Assembly: GCF_009914755.1 (NCBI RefSeq)
Contig: NC_060940.1
Length of the DNA stretch: 64,000 bases
Source of the DNA: the human T2T-CHM13v2.0 reference genome, Homo sapiens
Reading direction: 5' to 3' (one strand)
In this document: positions 1 to 58,937 of the stretch, piece by piece
How the letters are laid out: each line of letters begins with the position of its first letter
Numbering within the stretch: position 1 is the first letter of the stretch
Notes under the pieces: model-generated
What the model was told of the DNA's origin: nothing
Seen by the model: only the letters and a program-made list of their open reading frames with translations
The model's database searches: none
Position numbers and translations under genes: made by a program

Positions 1-10100
<10,100 letters not shown>

Positions 10101-10179
10101 ACATGCATGTGACACTGTTGAAAACAACACAAGGTAATAGTGTATACTTGGCCTTCTGGTTTCTAGCCTCTCCCTCTTG

Positions 10180-10790
10180 TGATCCATCCCACAAATTGCT
10201 TCATAGTACCAAAACGCTGTATTCTAAATGTCACTCCCCTCTCCCTGCTTAAAAACCTTCAGTAGTTCCCTACGGACTATAGAATGAACTTTGAACTTGG
10301 CCTGGCATTCAGCCTTCCACGTGTAGAGTTAAGCATCTCTAACCTCACATCTTCTGACTTTTGAACAAATGAGACCTCTGCTTCATATAAAGTCTCCTTG
10401 TCCTCTGAACATGTGGATTCCCGCTTCTGTCTTTGCTCACTTCACTTTCCCTACCTGATGTTCCCTCTCCCTGCCTCTTGTTTTTTAATTTTTTTTTTCA
10501 AATCCATTTTCTACCCTCTAAGGCCCAGTTCAGGCGCATGGTCTAGAGGCTTTTCCATTAAGCATTCCCCTTGCTACTTCAGTCCACTGAGCTCTTTTAA
10601 CTTCCTTCCTCCGAACTTCTCTAGTACATACAGTCTGCAGCATCTGTTTGGCAATTAGCATATACTATCATTCATATTTATATATCTGAGGTTACAATAC
10701 GGTCTTATAGATCTTATATTGGTTTAGAGCCCTGACATCTAGCACAAGGATCTGCAGAGAGTAGGTATCCTATAACTGTTTGTTAATGTG
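10180..10790 (+). mobile_element. L2 fragment
   Basis: tgtcactcccct...aaaaccttcagtagttccc and catctagcaca...gagtaggta...tgttaatg, L2-like segments. Confidence 0.55.
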
Positions 10791-11057
10791 ATATTAAAGA
10801 TATATCAAGTGTACATACCCCTAAGATAGGTTTCCAACACCTCCCCCAGCAACCAGACACACTTTAAATCCACCATTTCCAACATTTTTAACCCTTTTTC
10901 TTTCTTTCTTTTTTTCTCTTCTGCTCAGCAAACTGTGTTTTACATTTAAACTTTTCTTCTTCACAAATTAGCGTGAGCTTCTCCCCTAAATTCAGGTTAC
11001 TCTTCCATTCCACCCCTTAGCATTCCCAGGTTCCAGAAGACAAAGCCCGATACTCAC

Positions 11058-11097
11058 AGTGAACTTTATTTGGATTTGTCTGTTTCCGACGGGACAT
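11058..11097 (-). CDS. ZNF821: ZNF821 first coding segment (MSRRKQTNPNKVH + 1 nt); exon spans 11058-11174
   Basis: Minus strand: CTAAC branch point, ...ttttttattgcag acceptor (exon starts at 11174), 77 nt of UTR, AACATG start (11097-11095), ATG TCC CGT CGG AAA CAG ACA AAT CCA AAT AAA GTT CAC T|gtgagt donor. Peptide matches the ZNF821 N-terminus as remembered; no downstream coding exons were found in the window. Confidence 0.9.
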
Positions 11098-12843
11098 GTT
11101 TCCCTGATGCAAGAGCTCTGGTCTTTCCCAGTTTCACGACTGGATATGTTACTACCTCCTTGCAAGATGCTAACCTGCAATAAAAAAGGTTATTGTTAGC
11201 ACATGTCATTTTCCCCAGCAGTTACACAAAATTTAAAGATAAAATGTCCTTAAAAAACAGCTCCTGAGCATATAAAACTCACCAGTTATAAATAATTGAA
11301 CTAATGAAAGAAAGAAAGAAATGAATAAATCTCTAGCCTAACGTCAAGGTCCCAGAAAGTTTAAGAGGGGACTCCCTCAGAGGACTTAGAGAATTATACT
11401 CTAAATCCATCTTTGGAATCCAGAATACTGTTAAGTGATCATGATCAAGGTCACAGGATAAAAGAGGAAGTAAAACTCAGGCATCCAGGGTTAGAAGTAC
11501 TGTGGGCTCAAGGGGATAACTCCGATGAATTGCAAAAGGAAGCAAAAGGAAGCCAAAGAGGGTGGCAGCTCACATGTCACATGCCCACTGGAAGTCAAGC
11601 CCTGCAGTCTACACCAGCGGATTTTTCATGATGTTATCTTGCCTAGAGGTAGCAAAGGCATCACATCCCTGCGAGACAGAAAATGTCTCAAATAGGCATC
11701 TGTAAATGAGAACAGCATGGGAAATAAAGCCTCTATCTGGTGATACAGGCGCAATGCTATGCTGCACTGTGAATGACATGGCACTAAGCAAATCAAACTT
11801 CTAATGTTGAAGATGGGCTCTCACCAGAAGAGACAGATGCCATCCACATTGATGAGTACTAATTGAACACCCCAGTGTGGAATACCACCTGGCCCTCCTC
11901 ACACATTCCAGAGAGGTGGTCAAAGTTAATAACTTTAGAGGCTCTTCTCAATCTAGCCTCTGGGTAGCAAAGAGAACAGTGGGAGGAATAAAGAGAAAAG
12001 TTCCCCAAACGAAAAATGCTGCCAAGACATGCATCTGCTCCCCACCCCATATAGGAGGGGATATATACGTAAGCCTGAAGGTTCCTGATTAACTACAGAA
12101 AGAGTGCCCCAGCCTTAAGCATTGTTAGAGAATCTGAGATGGATTAGTATTGATAGCTGTGTCATTTTCTTAGAAAGAGTGAATAAAGACATAGAATAAA
12201 AAGGGATTGTCTTTCCTACCAAAGACAGGAATATGGATCTGGTCACACTCTTAAGTTTTCTTTCAGTTCCTGCCTTCTTGAGTTATACTCACATTGAATA
12301 AGCAAACATAAAATCATAGTTTATTGCCTTAAGAGGAGTTATGGGAGACTACTGCTAGCTATATTTTGTACTCCAGTTAATGAAGACTCACCTCCTGTTA
12401 TGCCAACTAACTCCTCTATGTAGCTAGAAGGACCTCAAACCTATAATCAGATCCTGCCTCCCCTTACCAAAAGAATAAAGAAACCGCAAATGGCAAAGAC
12501 AGGCCTCCACAGGAAGTGGCAAAGGAAGCAGCTTTCAGGCAGTCTTCTAGCATATCTGCATATCAAACACAGTTCTTTTTCAGACCTTTAATTAAAAACA
12601 AAACAAAACAAAACTCTAAATGTATACAATAAAAATCAATTTAAACTATTTAGAGGGCAATATACTGAGTGCTGATAGTGTATGTTCTCTAAGTTTTGTG
12701 TATGTCATTTTTTTCTAATCAAGTAGTTGTTTTATTCACGGAAGCAGTGAATGAATATCACACTTTGGATTTCCTATATGTGTGTGGAATCACCAAGTGG
12801 AAAGGTAATGAAATGCAGGCTCTATTAATATTTTTAAAAATAT

Positions 12844-13445
12844 GGCCAGGCACCGTGGCTCACGCCTGTAATCCCAACACTTTGGGAGGCCAAGGCAGGC
12901 AGATCACTTGAGGCCAGGAGTTTGAGACCAGCCTGGCCAATATGGGGAAACCTCTAATAAAAATACAAAAATTAGCTGGGCATGGTGGTGCACACCTGTA
13001 AATTCCAGCTACTCGGGAAGCTGAGGCATGAGAATCGCTTGAACCTGGGGAGGGGAGGTTGCAGTGAGCTGGGATGGAGGCACTACACTGCAGCTTGGGC
13101 AACAGAGTGAGACTCCATCTCAAAAAAAGATAAAAAACTGCCATGGGCGGTGGCTCTCGCCTGTAATCCCAGCACTTTGGGAGGCTGAGGCGGGTGGATC
13201 ACCTGAGGTCGGGAGTTTGAGAACAGCCTGGCCAACATGGTGAAACCCCGTCTGTACTAAAAATACAAAAACTAGCTGGGCGTGGTGATGCATGTCTGTA
13301 ATCTCAGCTACTCAGGAGGTTGAGGCAGGGAATTGCTTGAACCCGGGAGGCGGAGGTTGCAGTGAGCCAAGAACGCACCACTGCACTCCAGCCTGGGCGA
13401 CAGAACGAGACTCCGTCTCAAAAAAAAAAAAAAAAGATAAATAAA
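12844..13445 (+). repeat. Two tandem Alus
   Basis: Alu consensus head-to-tail. Confidence 0.95.
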
Positions 13446-14361
13446 AATTTAAAAAAATAAAATATACTCCTCTAATGTGATAATCTATTGAGGCTAAATA
13501 TATATATACTCTATTATAGAAGAAAAAACAGAATCTTGACTAATTTTTATATTTTCTCCCTTCAAGATCAGAAACTGAAACTGTAAGATAAAGGTAATAA
13601 AGTCCCTTCTGAAGGAAGGCCAAATAATTTGAACCAGACAACATTTCAATATTAAAGCTCCAAGTCAAAAGACAGAGATGAGTGTCTGCGTATTTAAATC
13701 AGCAATGCCCGCTGCATCTTATAATCCTCCTAGTGGCCAAATGGGGAACTGACCAGATGGTACCCAATGGGACTTCACACCTGAGTGATCAAGAGAAAAA
13801 TAAGCAATTACAGTCCCCTCCCACACAACGAAACGAAAATAATAACAAAAACACCCACAAAAACAGGCCTGTGGGGTCATGGGCTGTTGAAAATCAATAA
13901 GTAAATAAATAAATGGCGCTGAAAGGACACTCTTGACCACAAAGCAAGATCTCAGAGGCCAGATGACTTGTTTTATAGGCAGTTAAAGCTAATAAAACCC
14001 AGAGACATACAGCCCTAAAGGTCACTCATTTTGTTTTACTTTTAACACTGCCTCAATTTCCAAGCCAAAACCTGAAACCAAACCAAACCAAAAATGTAAA
14101 TAGATAGCTGCCTGAACATGGGCTGGGAAGACAGGTAAACGGTGAGATTCAGGTCTAAAGGGATTCCATTTTAAAAGGAAAGCAGTTCTGTCTGTCTTCA
14201 GAGCAAGGTTAAGAGTCCTCGGGAAGGTGCAACGTCTCCCCTGAACACTGTCTCTGCTCTCCCACAGGTATTAGGTTGCAGCGTCTAGGGCACACCACAG
14301 ACTTTAGCAAGAAAAAAAACGAGTGAAATCTCAGCTTGATGAAAAGAGAGTGCGTTCCCAC

Positions 14362-14424
14362 CTCCAGCTCTGGTGCAGTTCCCACGGAGCAAAGCAAACT
14401 CGACTGAATCCAAGTGATCTGTAT
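14362..14424 (-). other. ZNF821: ZNF821 5'UTR exon (non-coding exon 2)
   Basis: Minus strand: ctttcttgtcctctcctttttggcag acceptor (alternative AG 6 nt downstream), 63-nt exon, GAG|gtggga donor; lies between the CpG island and the ATG exon. Confidence 0.7.
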
Positions 14425-14649
14425 CTGCCAAAAAGGAGAGGACAAGAAAGCTGGTCACTTAGCCGCCTGGCTGTTCACCTGACCCCTGGGGTTGGGTCTG
14501 GGGCGTGTCTAATCAGCCGAGATGGTCCCTCTGCTTCTTCAAGCATGAGCCCAGGTAAATTCCCAGGAATTACCAGACAAGAGCCTGACAAGAGCCGGAG
14601 GTCTTCCGAGGCGGCTCAGACAAACCCTTAGACAACACAATCTCCGAAA

Positions 14650-15800
14650 TCTAAATTTAGAAGCTTTTCTGCGAGACCCAGACGCGGGGACTGATACCCC
14701 CCGGTCTGCACGCCCACGCCCATCCTCCCCTCCCCCAGCTCCACCCAAGGCTGTCAGACGCCGGGGCCGTCCCCGCCGGGGCCCGAGGAGGCGGGGTGCC
14801 CGCGGCCCGCGCAAAAGCCCCCCGGCCCCGCACCCCGCGCCCCGCGCCCGAGAGCGCCAAGGGGCAGCAGGAGGAGCGGCCGGGGAGGAATTGGGGTTGG
14901 AAGCGGGGAGGGTGAGCCCGGGCTGCCCCCCCAGGCCGGAGCTGGCCCCCGGCCCTCTCCCCAGTGCAGACAAAAGGACCAACAGCCGGCGGCCGCGAGG
15001 GGGCGAGGAGCCCGCATCCCCAGCCCGGACCCGGAGGGAGGGCAGGGGGTCTTTTTACCCGGCGCCTCGGCGCTGCGCTGCGCTCTGGGTCCCTGGGCCC
15101 CGCCTCCGGACAGACGGACCGCCGGACAATGGACCCGGGACCGCAGCCCAAGCCAGCCGGGCCGGGGCGCTCCGGGACTGGGCCCCGGCGAGCGGAAGGG
15201 GCTCCGGGCCGAGCCGAGCCGGTGGCGGGGAGCCGAGGGGCGGCGCTGCAGACGGACAAAGCCAACAGCAGACAGACAGACGGAGGGGGAAAAAGATGGC
15301 GACGCGGGCGGCGGGAGCGCGCGGCTCGCGCACCCGCAGCTAGTGAGGCGCGTGCACGAGCCTCCCTCTCCCCCTCCCCCGCGCCGGCCAGGTCCCCTTC
15401 CCCGCGGCCCGGCGCGCGCCTGGCGCTGTGGGCGGGGCCTGAGGAGAGGGGCTCTGGAGAGGAGGGGCTCCGGGGAGCGCCCAATCCCGGGCGCCCGAGA
15501 GGGGCTCGCCCGCGTTCCAGGGCTCCGGAACCCCCCGCCTCGCCCATTCCCGGGTCTTTCTCTGGCTGTCTCAGCCGCTCAGCTCCCCCAGACCTTCCTG
15601 GACGTGTAAACGCCACCCTACCCAGCCCCGATCCTGGTTTCTTACCCCACCATCGAGTTCAGCCACAAAACCCACAACCCCCAACCACAGCTCCGCCGCA
15701 GGCACCCCCTCTCCTTAGCCCGGATCCCCACCACCGTCACAAACCCTCTTCGCCTCATTCCCCCACGCTTCGCGGTGGCTTCGGCTCCCGAGGCTTTGAA
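14650..15800. promoter_or_regulatory. CpG island / ZNF821 promoter
   Basis: Very high GC and CpG density, GC boxes (GGGCGG), YY1 site, G-run clusters (e.g. 14882-14912). Confidence 0.9.
15059..15340 (-). other. ZNF821: ZNF821 probable non-coding first exon (5' end approximate)
   Basis: Minus-strand donor CGG|gtaaaa at 15058 inside the CpG island; YY1 motif CGCCATCTT (15301-15293), typical just downstream of a TSS. Confidence 0.55.
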
Positions 15801-15901
15801 TGTGACCACGGGCCTTGGTGGGAGGGGCCAAGTTCAGCTGTCAGAACCTCAGAGCTGGGAAATCTTGAGATTTCTTTTGAGTATTTAATTTTCTGACATG
15901 A

Positions 15902-16307
<406 letters not shown>

Positions 16308-16439
16308 GGTTGGACGCACTTCTAGTCAAACACCTCCTCCTGTCCACGTCCTTCTCTCTCCTAGTTCCTGTTGCCTTCTTTTCTTCCTCTCTTCTAGAAT
16401 GCCTGAGCCTGCCCTGGCATCGCTTACCTGGAGAAGCAG

Positions 16440-16680
16440 GGAATGCAGAGGAAAGAAGATGAGATCTGGTATTAGAAGATCTGGCTTTGAGCCCCAGCTC
16501 TGCCACCCACCAGCCTGTTGACTTTGGGCAAGTCACTTCCCTGTTCTGAGCCTCTGCTTCCTAAGATGTCAAATGGATAATGATGCAATAATTCCTGGCC
16601 TTTACTCTCCGAGGGTTGTTGTGCCAGTTAAGTAAAACAAATGGCTAAAAGCATCATGCAAATGTTTTTCGTGATTACTG
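16440..16680 (+). mobile_element. MIR
   Basis: ctggctttgagccccagctctgccacc...tgactttgggcaagtcactt...ctgagcctc MIR core. Confidence 0.7.
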
Positions 16681-17799
16681 GCTGCACAAAGGCAGGGCTA
16701 ACGAGGATGCTGTCATTTGCTGATAAAGTGACAAGTCCTGGTATTTGCATAGAACATTCTTGCAAATTGTCTTTCCCCTAAATCTTTTATGAGATGATCT
16801 CATTGTCTGCATCTTGTGTTCAATGTAATAGAATGATTACATTGAGGGATCTTGGTCCTTCACAATTCTGTGATAAATAGCTCATTCATCATTCACTCAT
16901 TTATTTATTGTGATTAGGATACTTAGATAGCAATTATTGTTGTTTAACTTCAGTCAAGGAAACATTTTAATTTCATTTAAAAACTTAGTTTCCAAGTAGA
17001 CAGAAAATGGAATATTATCATCCAACCCGCAAGTGTTTGTACTATTTTGTGTAAGAATACAACCTAGAATACACACTGGCTTTTATATTTAACAGTAATT
17101 CTTGATCAGTTTGGACTGAGGGATACAAGTATGGCTTTATTATGTCACTTTAAAGCTGACTTAGTTGACATTTTCAACAGAAAAGTAGCAAACAGGTAAA
17201 GTTTGCCTCCAGTGAAATTTCTTGGATGCATTATTATTATGTAATGTTGGGCAGCTTATTCCATCTCCTTGACTTCCAAATAAAATGAGATGATAATAAT
17301 GCTATTCTTATGACTTCCCTGTGCTCTAAAAATTTCTCAGAGGTGTTGTGATTCAAGGTTACAACCAAATAATGAAAAAATTATTAAATACATAATTAGT
17401 TTAAGTTAGGCATGGTGGCTGGCACCTATAGTCCCAGCTACTCAGGAGGCTGAGATGGTATGATGACTTGAGCCCAAGTGTTTGAGGCCAGCTTGGGCCA
17501 CATAGTGAAACCCTTGTCTCTTTAAAAAAGAAGAATTAATTTATTTTTCCTCTGCTTTCACCTAAACTTGTTCTACATCTAGAAGACCTTTTAATTAACC
17601 ATATATATTTTTTTAGCTTCACTTTTTTCTACTTTCCCAATCTACTCACAGTTATGTCATCATTTTGCCACTTCAACTATTTAACTTTCCACTTGAAATA
17701 TCTTCCTAATCCATTTTATATTTGTTGGCTTCTACAATGACCTTGTTAGGGCTCTATATTCCAACAATAAAGGTAGGAGGATTTTAAGAACCTCATGTT

Positions 17800-19815
<2,016 letters not shown>

Positions 19816-20127
19816 TGATAAAAATCTGATATTTTAAAGGACAATGTTTAAACTTTTGTGTTTATATTTAGAATCTAGAGTTACAAGTTTTCATGGCTTT
19901 GAGTTCATTTAAGGAAAAATTAAGTTTTCTAGATGATTACAATGATGATAAATGTAAAAACCTGATTTGAAAATTTTTTGATCTTATATATGAACCCAAA
20001 TCACAGTAATAACTGTGATTTAATGCATTTTATTTTCATGTATTGATAAACTCCATATACACAAATTGAAAGTAAAACAGGGCTGGAAATTATTATGGAA
20101 ACATGGATATACAGGAAGTATATAATC

Positions 20128-25940
<5,813 letters not shown>

Positions 25941-25968
25941 AGGTCCCTTCCAGGCTTAAGCAGCGATA

Positions 25969-25992
25969 ATGGTTTTCAAGTTAAAAACAAAG
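25969..25992 (+). CDS. IST1: IST1 alternative upstream exon encoding N-terminal extension MVFKLKTK (joins exon 2 EEQHS-MLGSG in frame)
   Basis: ataATGG strong Kozak context, in-frame TAA upstream (25957-59), 24 nt, AAG|gtaacc donor; exon 2 begins GAG GAA CAG CAC AGC ATG in phase 0. Confidence 0.7.
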
Positions 25993-26079
25993 GTAACCAA
26001 GGAAAAAGTTTTCTCTGAATACCGAGATAAATTAGGGAAATCGCCAGAGACTGTGGTGCTGAGGAAACACTACTGAATT

Positions 26080-27440
26080 ACACCACACAGACCGGAGCGA
26101 TGCTGGTCCAAAGGGCAACCGGACGGCTTAAAAGCGGGGCGGGGGAACGCTTAGAGCCCGTAGAGGGACACGGAGGCGCTGGGTGAAGAGTCAGGGATAC
26201 GCAGGCTTCGAAACCCCCTCGGCCGCTCCACCCAGGGGGAAAGTCCAGCGAAAGGCGGCAGCAGATCTTAGGGAGCAACTCCCGGCGTCAGAGAGGCGGT
26301 ACTGGCAGCCGGTTATGGAAGAATCCGGAACCAAGGCACTGGGCGCGGTGAGGCCGTGGGCGCAGAGTCCGAGAATCAACAGCTGTGGCTGGCCTCCCCG
26401 CGCCCAGAGCGAAATTAAGGGCATGCCCCCAGCAGCTGACTCAGTCGGCGTGGCGCTTCCCCCAACGTCTGCCGTGCCCCCGCCGCGGGAAGTAGTCCCC
26501 GGCCGCGCCGACTCCAAAGGAAACCGAGGGAGGGTGCCCCGAGTCAGCGCGTGGGTCCCGGCAGCGGCGATCGCGCAGCCAATCCCTGGAAAGGAGGGCG
26601 TGGCTATATCGGCCCCGTGGATCCCTCCGCCCGCGCTTGTTGTGCTGAGGCCGAGGGAGTCGCCATTTTGGATGGTGAACCCTGAAGTCGGTGTCTGCTG
26701 CGTTCACGGCAGGATTCGGTTAGGTGAGTGTGGCATCCTCGGCGTCAGAGGTCTCTGTCTTCCTCTTCTCTCTGCGCTCCTGATTTAGCGGTCTCTAGTT
26801 AGCGCTAGGGCCCGGGATTCAAACGACTTCGGAGGGGGCAGCTGAGGAGAAAGGGAAGGATAGTGGAAGTGGGGGTCAGACCGGAGGTCAGGCCCTCGAG
26901 GGCCCGCGGCGCAGGAGGCTGCCCAGGCCTGGGTGGGGGGCGTGGCAGGGCCGCGAGCGGGTCGGAGGCCTCTGGTCCTGGATCCTCGAAGCCGCTTAAC
27001 TTTCCCCTAGTCTTCCTGCCCCGAGGTGTGTCTTCCTTGGGGCGGAAACGCCGCGGCCTCGGCGAGGGCTCCTCGGCGACACCCCTACCCCGTCTTTTCT
27101 GGCCCGGAGAGACTTCGGGAAGGTCAGAGCTTCCAGTGCCGCGAGAGGCGGATGCCCTCCAGTCCGGGCCGCTTCCACCGGGCGGGGTGGCCTCCTGGGC
27201 TTGTTCCTGGGTTGGGGGAACGGACTTGGGTCCACTTTGGCCTGAGAAAATTACAATTTCTTTCGCTGAAGTAAGGAGCGGCCTCTGCCCGCTTTCTCGG
27301 ATCCCTGCGTGTGTAGTGAGAGGTCTTGGAAGGATACTTGCGCCTCTCCTCTTTGTTTTTCTCGGTGCTCTTCTTCCGGGGTGCTGGAGGTGACCTCTTG
27401 GAACTCAACAGCATAAACTTTGAGGAGGGTCGGGACCCAG
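26080..27440. promoter_or_regulatory. CpG island / IST1 promoter
   Basis: CpG-rich; TGACTCA AP-1/ARE-like site (26437-43), GCGGGAAGTAGTCC E2F/ETS-like site (~26485-98), CCAAT (~26579-83), GC box GGGCGTGGC (~26596-604), YY1 CGCCATTTT (26661-69). Confidence 0.9.
26620..26723 (+). other. IST1: IST1 non-coding exon 1 (start approximate)
   Basis: Follows CCAAT/GC box; ends TAG|gtgagt, a consensus donor at 26724. Confidence 0.8.
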
Positions 27441-27830
27441 GAGCTGTAGGTTAATTACAAAAGACACTGTCTGTCGTAGTAAACTTAAAGTCTGGTCTTA
27501 GATCTTTAGGGGAAACTTGAATTTTAAAATTATGTGTAATATTTTAACTTTTTATTATGGAAAATTTCAAGCAGACAGGAGTATAATGAATTCTCTCATC
27601 CAGCTTCAAACACGATCAACTCATGCCTAATCTTGTTTTATCTATACCCTTCCTATGTCTGTATTTTTCTAATTTAATAATAGTTGAAATATATATGTAT
27701 ATATTTCCCTCTCCTTTCCCAGTAGAAGCCTTTTGGCTTTTGTACCTACAAGCCAATAGTTTGTGGGAAATTTGCTTCCTCAGAACTTCTGGGATAGGGG
27801 GACTTGGTAATAGTCATTAGAAGATAAAAC

Positions 27831-32635
<4,805 letters not shown>

Positions 32636-33261
32636 TAGTCTTTTGCTTTAAATTCGTTTTTAGTCTGATTTATTTAATGTACTGGTAATCATTTAGGATA
32701 TATCCTTTAGTTACTACTTTTGTGGTTTACTGTCATTGTCTTTAATGATTAGTTTCTTCGTAAAATGGGGATCTGTTGAATAGGAGTTGAAAAATCCTCA
32801 GTACTTAACAAAATAGTTTAGCAAATTGCTTTTCTTTCCTTAATTCTAAAACAAAACTAGATTATGTAAATTTGTAGAATTTTTTTAAAAGCATGTGGTT
32901 TTTAATTAAATTTTCTACTAATTAACATAATACATGAGCGACAGCTTTGTACAAAACACTGTGCTAGGCAGTGTGTGGGTGACATACCGTTCTAGGCAGT
33001 ATGTAAGAAACAGTTGTCTTGCAGTGAGATTGAAACAGATTAATCAGAATTGTTAAACCGAGGGAAAAAGATATAAAGCATGCCTTAAACATCTTATTTT
33101 AACATAAAACACACAAAAGAGGCTAGCTAATCTTTAGATGAAGAGCTAAGACTTTTTAAAATATGGGTCCATTGACTGGAATTTATTTAACAAATGTTTA
33201 CATGGTGCTTACTGTGTACATATAACACAATGTGCTAATTTCTTTACAAATTTTCACTTAA

Positions 33262-40090
<6,829 letters not shown>

Positions 40091-41193
40091 CACTGAACCT
40101 AGAACCCTGTTCCTTACATCTTTTGTTTCTATTTTTAAGGACCATCCATGTTGCTTTAAGTACAGCTGTTTAATTTTGTCTGCTGCATAGTATTCTGTCA
40201 TGTTTTTGTCAAATTTTGTTTGTCTTTTTTTTTTTTTTTTTTTTGGATACAGGGTCTCACTCTGTCACCCAGGCCTGGAGTGCAGTGTCATGAACATAGC
40301 TCTCTGTTGCCTCCTTGACTTGACCTCCTGGGCGCAAGTGAGCCTCCCACCTCACCCTTGCAAGTAGCTAGGACTACAGGCGTGCACCCCCACACCCAGC
40401 TAATTTCTAAATATTCTGTAGAGAGGGTCTTGCCATGTTGCCCAGGCTGTTCTTGAACACCGGCCTCAAGCGATCCTCCTGCCCGGACCTCCCAAACTGC
40501 TGGGATTATAGGCATGGACCACCGTACTTGGCCTTATTTGTCCTCTTGAAATGAACACTTAGCATTCTTCTACTTCCTTACTACCACAAAATGCATACAT
40601 GCGTCTTCATGGTGCTGTGTACAAATTTCTGTGGTGGTGTGTGTCCAGGAATGGAATTGCTGTGTCTTAAGGTATATGGGTACCTTTCATTAAAGCATAC
40701 TTTTCATTAAATACTGCCAAATTAGTGTCTAAAATGGTCATATCAGTTTATACATTTATATTGGCCAGTATTTGAAAGTCTACTTCTAATTTTTGCCAGT
40801 CTGGCAGGTATAATCTTATCTTTGTTAACATGTTCACTTCTAGGATTATACAAAATAGTAAATGAAAACTCGAGAATAACGCCTTAGGTTATCCTTCTCT
40901 TAGAAATGTCACTGTTTACTTGACAAGTTTGGTGTATCCGTGTTTAAGCTGGAGTAGTTGTCTACTAAGGGCAAGATCTTTGTAGGACCCATGATAGAGC
41001 CATACTCAGGAATATTTTTTGTACCTTTTTAAACCTAATTACCTTATTAATCATGGGTATATTGAGTAATTTAACGGCAAGTTGGATAATGTTCCTTAGG
41101 TTAATGTCTTCTAATTTCAGTCACTACTGATAAAAATAAATTGTGTGGGAGTTGATTTGTTATCTCGGTTATATATTAAAAGGCCTTGATGTA

Positions 41194-41854
<661 letters not shown>

Positions 41855-42124
41855 TACTTCATAAGGGCAAGGGTGGTTATGTATTAATAGAAATATTCTT
41901 ACTCAAGTATATGTGAATACATTTTTGTAAATATTCATCAATTTGGAGTATAAAAGAGAAAATACTGAGGCTTCCCTTCAGCTCTACTTTCCAGAGTTAA
42001 CACCATTAAAATGTTAATACCTGTTTTTATAGGCCCCTTCTCCATGCATTTATATATGTGTATAAAGTAGTATTATAATGTGTATGCTACTTTTCAGCTT
42101 GATTTAAAAACAAACAAAAAAAAC

Positions 42125-45590
<3,466 letters not shown>

Positions 45591-46773
45591 CAAGGAGTGT
45601 ACCTTAATTTATGCTTTTTATCTCCATCAAGCCAATGTCTCACATACAGGTAATCAGTAAATACTTATTGCATGGATTGAACATAATTTAATTACTGGAT
45701 TCCAGATACTTGATGACATAAATGCCCCATTTTAACCTGGGACTTAGGTTAATTCTTAAATGTAGGGTAAAGAAAGGCTTTTGGGGGCAATTTTACAAAA
45801 GGAAAACACATCTGATGTTTTTTATTAGTGGTTAATTCACTAGTAGACAAGTACTATTCCTACTGCTCTTTCTTTCTTTGGTGCTCTTTTGATTTGTCTG
45901 TTCTTCAGTTACTTTGTTTGACCTATCTTTTGTTTGGATATTACATGTTTTTAAGTTTGAGTCCAGAATTTAAATTTAGAGAAATAGAAATTGTGCTGTT
46001 TTGAAATAGAATGCACAGTGGTCAGTGCACAATGGTATACCCTAAAGTCTTGCGGGTAGAGGACGGGTGGTTTTGTTTACTGTAACTCTGCTATTCAGTG
46101 AAATTCCTGGTAAAGAGCCTTCTGTTGTAGAATTTTGTAGAGCAGTGTTTTCCTTGGACTTTTCACCCCTTTGTGTAACCCTGTATGTGAGTAGATGTCA
46201 ATGATATTTCTGTACTCTTGGGTACTAGCTTTTCCCCAAAAACTGAGACTTGTTGGCAGGATTTGGGGAGTTAAGATGAAAATATTTTCAATTATGGGTC
46301 TAAATTTAATCATCTTCCCCCATTGCCATCCCTGTTGAGATTTTTTTGGGAGAAGCAGGGAGCCCTTCTGCTTCTTTATCTTTTTATCACACCACCCCCA
46401 TGCCAATATCTAGGTATTAATTTCATCTGTCACCAAATTCTTTCAGCTGTGCCTTTAAAGTAGATTTCAAATCCAGTTGCTGACACTGCTAACCACCCTA
46501 GTCTGAGCTATTACCATCTCTTGTCTGGATGATAATAATAGCCTTCCCATTGGTCTTCCTGCTTCCAGTATTATCCTTCCCCAATCAGTTTTTTTTACAA
46601 CAGCCAAAACAATCTGTAAAAAATGTGAATTAGATCATGTCATTTTCCTGTATTAGAAAAACACTCTGTTTTTGTTTCACATAATTCACCCCTAAGAGGT
46701 GTTAGTTCCTGAACTAATGTTGACTTGAAAATAGTCATTGTGCTTCTTCTGTTTCTAGGAGGAACAGCACAGC

Positions 46774-58937
<12,164 letters not shown>

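Noticed and set aside
14539-15896. Long ORFs of 319 aa (-), 310 aa (+), 150 aa and 147 aa in the ZNF821 island
   Set aside because: Pro/Gly/Ala/Arg-rich frames open on both strands because stops are rare in GC-rich DNA; mostly non-ATG starts; no domain.
26183-27414. ORFs of 201, 176 and 108 aa in the IST1 island
   Set aside because: Same CpG-island artefact; only the ATG at 26672 is kept, as a uORF.
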